DNA of 64,000 nucleotides, taken from Malacoraja senta (Eukaryota). The notes under the pieces are model-generated. The model was not told where the DNA came from and did no database searches. It saw nothing but the letters and a program-made list of their open reading frames with translations. The translations under genes and the position numbers were made by a program. The stretch lies in contig CM075988.1 of assembly GCA_038087875.1 (NCBI GenBank), forward strand, positions 1,178,001-1,242,000. The letters run 5' to 3'. Below, in pieces: positions 59,464-64,000 of this stretch (position 1 is the first letter of the stretch; each line of letters opens with the position of its first letter).

Positions 59464-60654
59464 CCATGTCCCTGCTTAGCTTATTGCATGCCACAATTTG
59501 ACCAGCCTCTCTCCTGTGTGTGATCACCCAGACCAACACCAACTCTCACCTGATAATCCAACAAAGTGCTGAGGCTGGAAACACTCATGACAGACACAAA
59601 ATGCTGGAGTAACTCAACGGGTTAGGCAACAACTCCGGAGAAAAGGAATAGGCAATGTTTTGAGTCGAGACCCTTCTTCAGACAAGATTATTCTTCAAAC
59701 AGGCTGCATCTGTGGGAAGGGAAACTGAGCTAATGTTTCAATGGAACAGCAGGGCAGGTCTGCAGAAGTTCTGATGGAGGTTCCTTGGCTCTGTTTAACA
59801 TTGGCTCTCCACATCTGGCATAAGGTATAGAAAAGGTCCAGATTCAACGAGTTTCTTCACATCTGTAATCAGGCAACTGAACCATCTTACCAGAACTAGA
59901 GAGCAGTCGTGAGCTACTGTCTAATTCATTGGAGACCCTCAGACTATCTTTGATTGGACTTTACTGGCTTTATCTTGCACTAATTCCCTATATAATGTAT
60001 CTGTACACTGTGGATGGCTCGATTGTACTCATGTCTTGTCTTTCCGCTGACCAGCATGCAACAAAAGCTTTTCACTATCTTTTCACTGTACACGTGACAA
60101 TAAATTAAACTTGACTGTTTCTCTTTCCACAGTGCACACTGACCCTGCTGAGTTTTTTCACCAACTCTCTTCCATTCACATTATTCCCATCTCAGTCCTT
60201 TCTAATTATTAAATATTTCCCTAAATTAATATGAAAGCAATACGTAGTGAGGCCAATGAAACTGTGCTGAATGCTTTGCATCAACAGGTCACACAGAAGG
60301 CGTGTCCCGTGGTGTGTCTGCACCTATATCACTGCACACACAGACCTGCTGAGACAAGTACACAGCTCGTAGATACTGTGTCACTAATGTCACACCACGA
60401 GTACTCAGAAACTAACAACACTAAATCAAACACTTGTAAAATCAGAGTTTCGTAAGTTCATGTTCCGAGTTGCCGCCCTGGGTTGTCTGACCATAGCTGT
60501 GGACAAGCTATGACACAATGATCAAGTTGTTCTGGTGATCTGCTAAACCAAGGCAACAAATAACAGTGTCTGGGATAAGAGTAAAATCACAAAATCTCAA
60601 TTCCCTGAGCTGGTATTATTCAGGTTCATGTGTATATATATATATATATATAAG

Positions 60655-62150
60655 GTATTCAAAAATGCTGGAGAAACTCAGCGGGTGCAGCAGCATCTAT
60701 GGAGCGAAGGAAATAGGCAACGTTTCGGGCCGAAGAGGAGGAGGCCGAGGGCTGAGGGAGAGCTGAGAAGGGGAGGAGACAGCAAGGGCTACTGGAAATT
60801 GGAGAATTCAATGTTTATGCCGCTGGGGTGCAGACTGCCCAAGCGGAATATTAGGTGCTGCTCCTCCAATTTCCGGTGGTGCTCACTCTGGCCATGGAGG
60901 AGGCCCAGGACAGAGAGGTCGGATTCGGAATGGGGAGTTGAAGTGCTGAGCCACCGGGAGATCAGGTTGGTTAATGCGGACCGAGCGGAGGTGTTCGGCG
61001 AAACGATCACCAAGCCTACGATGTAGATCAGCTGACATCTAGAGCAGCGGATGCAATAGATGAGGTTGGAGGAGGTGCAGGTGAACCTCTGTCGCACCTG
61101 GAACGATTGCTTGAGTTCTTGAATGGAGTCGAGGGGGTGGTAAAGCGACAAGTGTAGCATTTCCTGCGGTTACAAGGGAAAGTGCCCGGGGAGGGGGTGG
61201 TGCGGGAGGGAAGGGAAGAATTGACCAGGGAGTTACGGAGGGAGCGGTCTTTGCGGAAAGCAGACAGGGGGGGAGATGGGAAGATGTGGCGAGTGGTGGG
61301 TTCACGTTGGAGGTGGCGAAAATGACGGAGGACTATTTGTTGTATGTGACGGCTAGTGGGGTGAAAGGTGAGGACTAGGGGGATTCTGCCCTTGTTACGA
61401 GTGGGGGATGGGGAGAGAGAGCAGTGTTACGGGGTATGGAAGAGACCCTGGTGAGAGCCTCATCTATAGTAGGGGAGGGGAACCCCCGTTCCCTGAAGAA
61501 TGAGGACATTTCCGATCCCCTGGTGTGGAACACCTCATCCTGGGAGCAGATGCGGCGTAGACGGAGGAATTGGGAGTAGGGAATGGAGTCCTTACAGGAA
61601 GCAGGGTGGGAAGAAGAGTAGTCTAGATAGCCATGGGAGTCAGTGGGTTTATAGTGGAAGTCGGTCAGAAGTCTATCACCTGCGATGGAGATAGTGAGGT
61701 CAAGGAATGGTAGGGAAGTGTCGGAAATGGTCCAGGTGTATTTGAGTGCCGGATGGAAGTTAGTGGTAAAGCCGATGAAGTCAGTCAGTTGTGTGTGGGT
61801 GCAGGAGGTAGCACCAAAGCAATCGTCGATGTAGCGGAGGTAGAGGTCGGGGATGGGGCCATGGTACACATCGAACAAGGATTGTTCGACGTACCCGACA
61901 AAGAGGCAGGCATAGCTGGGGCCCATGCGCGTGCCCATAGCTACGCCTTGTGTCTGGAGGAAATGGGAGGAGTCAAACGAGAAGTTATTGAGGGTAAGGA
62001 GGAGGAGATTATCAGTGGACGGATATAGGCTGATTCTCTGGTCGAGGAAGAACCGGAGGGCTTTGAGACCATCCTGGTGGGGGATGGAGGTGTAGAGTGA
62101 CTGGACATCCATGGTGAAGATGAGGGGGTGAGGGCCTAGAGAGTGGAATG
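60655..62150 (-). mobile_element. Penelope-like retroelement (RT plus GIY-YIG), degraded
   Basis: MDVQSLYTSIP, QG.AMGTRMGPSYA, YLRYIDD, FLDL motifs; downstream C..C / YI endonuclease remnants. Confidence 0.92.
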
Positions 62151-63451
62151 CCCGGAGTCAACCGAGAGTGTCTGAGGTGTCTTGAACATAGATATATAAA
62201 TAGGAATAGAATTAAGCCATTCGGCCCATCAAGTCTACTCCACCATTCAATCATGGCTGATCTATCTTTCCTTCTCAACCCCATTCTCCTGCCTTCTCCC
62301 CATAACCCGGCACCTGTACTAATCACTACCCGTACCATTGCCAAGCTTCTGTTTATGGGCAGCATGTGGAGCCGCTGCCTCACTGCTCCAGCGACCCGGG
62401 TTTGACCCTGACCTCAGGCGTTGTCTGCACGTTCTCCCTGTAACTGAGGGTTTCCTCCAGTTGCTCTCGTTTCCTCTCACACTCCACAGACCTGCAGATT
62501 GGTTAATTGGTGGCTGTAAATTATCCCGAGTATATCAATGGCTGATGGAGTCCTGGGAGAGATGATGGACGTGGGGGGGGTAAAGCCTGTGCAGCAGTTG
62601 TTGGTTGGGGGGGGGGGGTGTTGGGAGCCAGAGGGGCTGTGTGGAGTTGAGTCGCTCTGTGTTAGTAAAGAGCTCCCACCATGATGAGGCACCAACACAG
62701 GGGCCAGGAGGTGGAGGTCAGGTGAAGATGGAGTCTTGTGGGAGTGAGCTGGAGGGGCCCAGGGCCAGAGCTTGCCACAGGCCTGCTGGTGGCAGCCGCA
62801 ACTTGTACAATTAAAACAAGAAATAAAACTGAAATTGCCATGGAGAGAGAAGGCATTGTTATTCTGGTTAATGATCTTTAGGAAAAGTTACAGATCAACC
62901 AATTTGCAGAGGAAGAGGCAAGGATGGAAGGACGGCTTGTGCTGCTGTGGAAGGTAAATGCTCAAATGAGTGAGGTAGGGCAGCAAAGGGGGCAGTGAGG
63001 AGGTTAGTGAGAGAAGCAATGGTCGCAAGTGACAAAATACAAGCTGAGATCAGGAGATGCCTGGGGGCAGGGAGGCGGGGCTGTTTGACATTGCCGTGCC
63101 ATGCCAGGGGGCAAGGGGGTGTTGGGGCCTGGTTTTGCGGTCAGGGTCGAGAATAGGTGGTTGGCATGGACCAGTTACTGGAAGCTTGCCATGAGGTAAT
63201 GTTTCACAAAACATTCGCCCCGGTTGCTCTCCAAGCTTGGGTATGACCATTCACCTCTACATAATTATGGACATTGGACTTTATCCATCAATCTGGTGCA
63301 CTGCAATGCTGAGAACTATATCATACACTCCGTATCTTCCTCTTTGCTTTATCTATTGTACATGAGTTGGAAGCGCAAATCTTTGAAGGGAGAACACAGC
63401 TTGGAATCAAGGTAGGTACAGGTGCAACTTGTGGTGAAGAATTGTTTACAA

Positions 63452-63762
63452 TTTAGTTTAGTTAAGTTTAGAGATACAGCGCGGAAACAGGCCCTTCAGC
63501 CCACCAAGCCCACGGTGGCTAGCGACCACCCCGTACACTAGCACTATCCAACACACTAGGGACAACGTTACATTTTTATCAAAGCCAAATGAACTTACAA
63601 ACCTGTACGTCATTGGTGTGATATGAAACCTGAGCATTCAGAGAAAACCCATGCGGTCACGGGAAGAACATATAAACTCCGTACAGACAGCACCTGTAGT
63701 CAGGATCGAACCCGGGTCTCTGGCGCTGTAAGGCAGCAACTATACCGCTGCACCACCATGCC
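63452..63762 (-). mobile_element. HE1-type V-SINE
   Basis: Full reverse copy. Confidence 0.83.
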
Positions 63763-64000
63763 ACTCGGAGGCAAGGTGTCGACACTCTGGTGCCAGAATT
63801 AGAAGAGCTCTGATTTCAGTGAGGCATTAAAAACAATGGAGAATAGTATGTTGAAATATTGGTAGAAGAGTGGTATAGGGGAGATAGCACAGGTATGGTA
63901 AATCTAGAAGTATCAAAGGGTTGGGTCAAGTTACAGCTGCAGAAATAAATTCCTTTCGTAACACGAGATATCTGTCCCAATCACAGCTCTGTGATGAATG

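Noticed and set aside
56831..64000. ST14 exon 1 and promoter
   Set aside because: No convincing ATG-bearing phase-0 exon or CpG island found; probably beyond the window

Overview
Vertebrate genomic DNA, most likely an elasmobranch such as a skate or ray (inferred from HE1-type V-SINEs and abundant CR1 LINEs). The window holds one protein-coding gene on the minus strand: a matriptase (ST14-like type II transmembrane serine protease). I traced 16 consecutive coding exons (equivalent to exons 2-17; 56830 down to 2835) by hand. All have GT-AG boundaries and compatible phases, giving 2173 nt of open frame: TM - SEA - CUB1 - CUB2 - 4x LDLRA - N-terminal part of the trypsin domain. Exon 1 and the last two exons (catalytic Ser) were not found and probably lie outside the window. 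The introns are packed with transposons: at least three CR1 subfamilies (labelled A/B/C here), Rex1/Babar-like, L1, Penelope-like elements with hammerhead motifs, HE1 SINEs, Harbinger- and hAT-like MITEs, a non-autonomous Helitron and tandem repeats. The most notable observations are a CR1 insertion that duplicated the exon-8 splice donor, an intact minimal hammerhead core on the pre-mRNA strand, and inverted LINE pairs bracketing frame-preserving exon blocks. I found no convincing wholly new biological system. Exon coordinates were indexed base by base; most repeat boundaries are approximate.
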